Positions 62,975 to 64,000 of a stretch of DNA of 64,000 nt are shown piece by piece. Positions within the stretch are counted from its first letter, which is position 1; each line of letters begins with the position of its first letter. The position numbers and the translations under genes are program-made. The DNA lies in the NCBI GenBank assembly GCA_030770535.1, contig JASVEC010000018.1:992001-1056000 (forward strand), read 5' to 3'. The DNA is from Batkoa obscura (Eukaryota). The notes under the pieces were generated by a model. That model worked only from the letters and a program-made list of their open reading frames with translations, had not been told where the DNA came from and did not search any database.

Positions 62975-64000
62975 GTAATAGTAATAATAATAATAATAAT
63001 AATAACGAAGCATTTAATAATAATAAAAACATACCAAATATAGAAAATAATCTCTCATTACCACCATCAAATGAGTCGGTTACTCCAGCCTTATCAGGAC
63101 AGCCTAACATCCCTTCGGATATACTACAACCAATGAATAACAATAACCTACCATCCACTAACAATACTCCTTCTATAAACGCAGCAACACAAGTAAAAGC
63201 GAGTGAACCAACTTTATCACAGGAAATGAATAACAATAGTATGCCACGTATAGTAAATAACCCACCGAAAGAAATGAATAGTAATAATATTCCACCAGTA
63301 GTAAATAACGAATCTATTAGTCCCGCACCAATAGTAAAGTCCAATGAAGCTAATTTACCACAAGAGATGAATAATAATAACACTCCGCCTGGAGTAAATA
63401 GCCCATCGCAAGAGAACAAGAATATTCCATCTCCAAATGAAATACAAGAAGTTGATAATAATGGTATATCATTGAGTATGAATAATACAGCTACAGCTTT
63501 ACCTCAAGAGAATAAAAACGCCGCCTCCACCTTGCCACAGGAAATGAATAAAAACAACCAAGGTTTAAGCATGAAAGATCTAGCTCTAAAAGCCGCTGAA
63601 GAAATGAAAAATAAAATGCAATTAAATGCTGCACAAGAGGAGAGTAATGACACTCTAAATTTACCAAAGGAAATGAATAATAACAATGATTTACCATTAA
63701 GAAAGAATACACTTTCTTTAAATGTTGTACAAGAAGAAAAAAAGATTAATCCAGAGATAGTAAATGGAATCAATAGTAATAATATTCTACCATCAATAGA
63801 GGACAATAACTCAGCCGTAAAGCCAGTACAAGAGGTGAAGGCTAACGAACCGTCCCCAGCTAGGGAAATGAACAATGATAATATACCAACGACAATGAAT
63901 ACTTCAATTACAGATACGGAACAAGAGATGAAAAGCAATGAACTTAGTAATACTCAAGAAACGAATAATAATATTCCTTTAAATGTAAATCAGGAGACAA
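62742..64000 (+). CDS. Secreted Asn-rich repeat protein, frameshifted at 62973, running off the window
   Basis: Signal peptide MLQKNLILSILIVSLIRGQA; after one extra A the shifted frame reads as open to the window end with repeated [QKER]EMN.NN.P units. Confidence 0.7.
62910..63005 (+). repeat. (AAT)n microsatellite
   Basis: 21 perfect AAT units (62910-62972), then A-AGT-AAT-AGT and more AAT. Confidence 0.95.

Noticed and set aside
62874..63938. Minus-strand poly-Ile/Leu ORFs
   Set aside because: Antisense of the Asn-rich gene and the AAT tract.

Overview
Very AT-rich eukaryotic DNA with short (~45-60 nt) GT-AG introns. The gene content (trifunctional FOL1, mitofusin FZO1, LSG1, PRE1) is fungal and the style suggests an early-diverging lineage (inference). 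Bases ~750-24650 contain no intact host gene that I could recognise and hold a pile of nested transposons. The main family is a ~2.4 kb Sola-like DDD cut-and-paste transposon with 22-bp imperfect GGGG(C/T)TGTC TIRs and a 4-bp TSD that is usually ATAT. It occurs as near full-length copies, ~1.4 kb deletion derivatives and old decayed copies. There are also roughly 38 copies of a ~98-bp MITE with the same GGGG..CCCC ends and 4-bp TSD, and three ~450-470 bp solo-LTR-like elements. Bases 25500-64000 are gene-rich: two GPI-type surface proteins, a Stf2/HABP4-like protein, FOL1, a choline/ethanolamine kinase, FZO1, a Myb/SANT-like protein, LSG1, a kynurenine aminotransferase, a RhoGEF-like protein, PRE1, an EF-hand protein, an STI1 pseudogene, a ZC3H11-like protein and an Asn-rich secreted repeat protein. 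Two tRNA genes are present (Pro-TGG and Phe-GAA). Two observations stand out: both tRNA genes have the right end of the Sola-like element 67-70 bp downstream of their 3' end, and all six readable copies of the transposase 3' end have an A7 run at the ORF end, followed in the well-preserved copies by a -1-frame open stretch. All calls are by eye. Multi-exon and degenerate-repeat boundaries are approximate.
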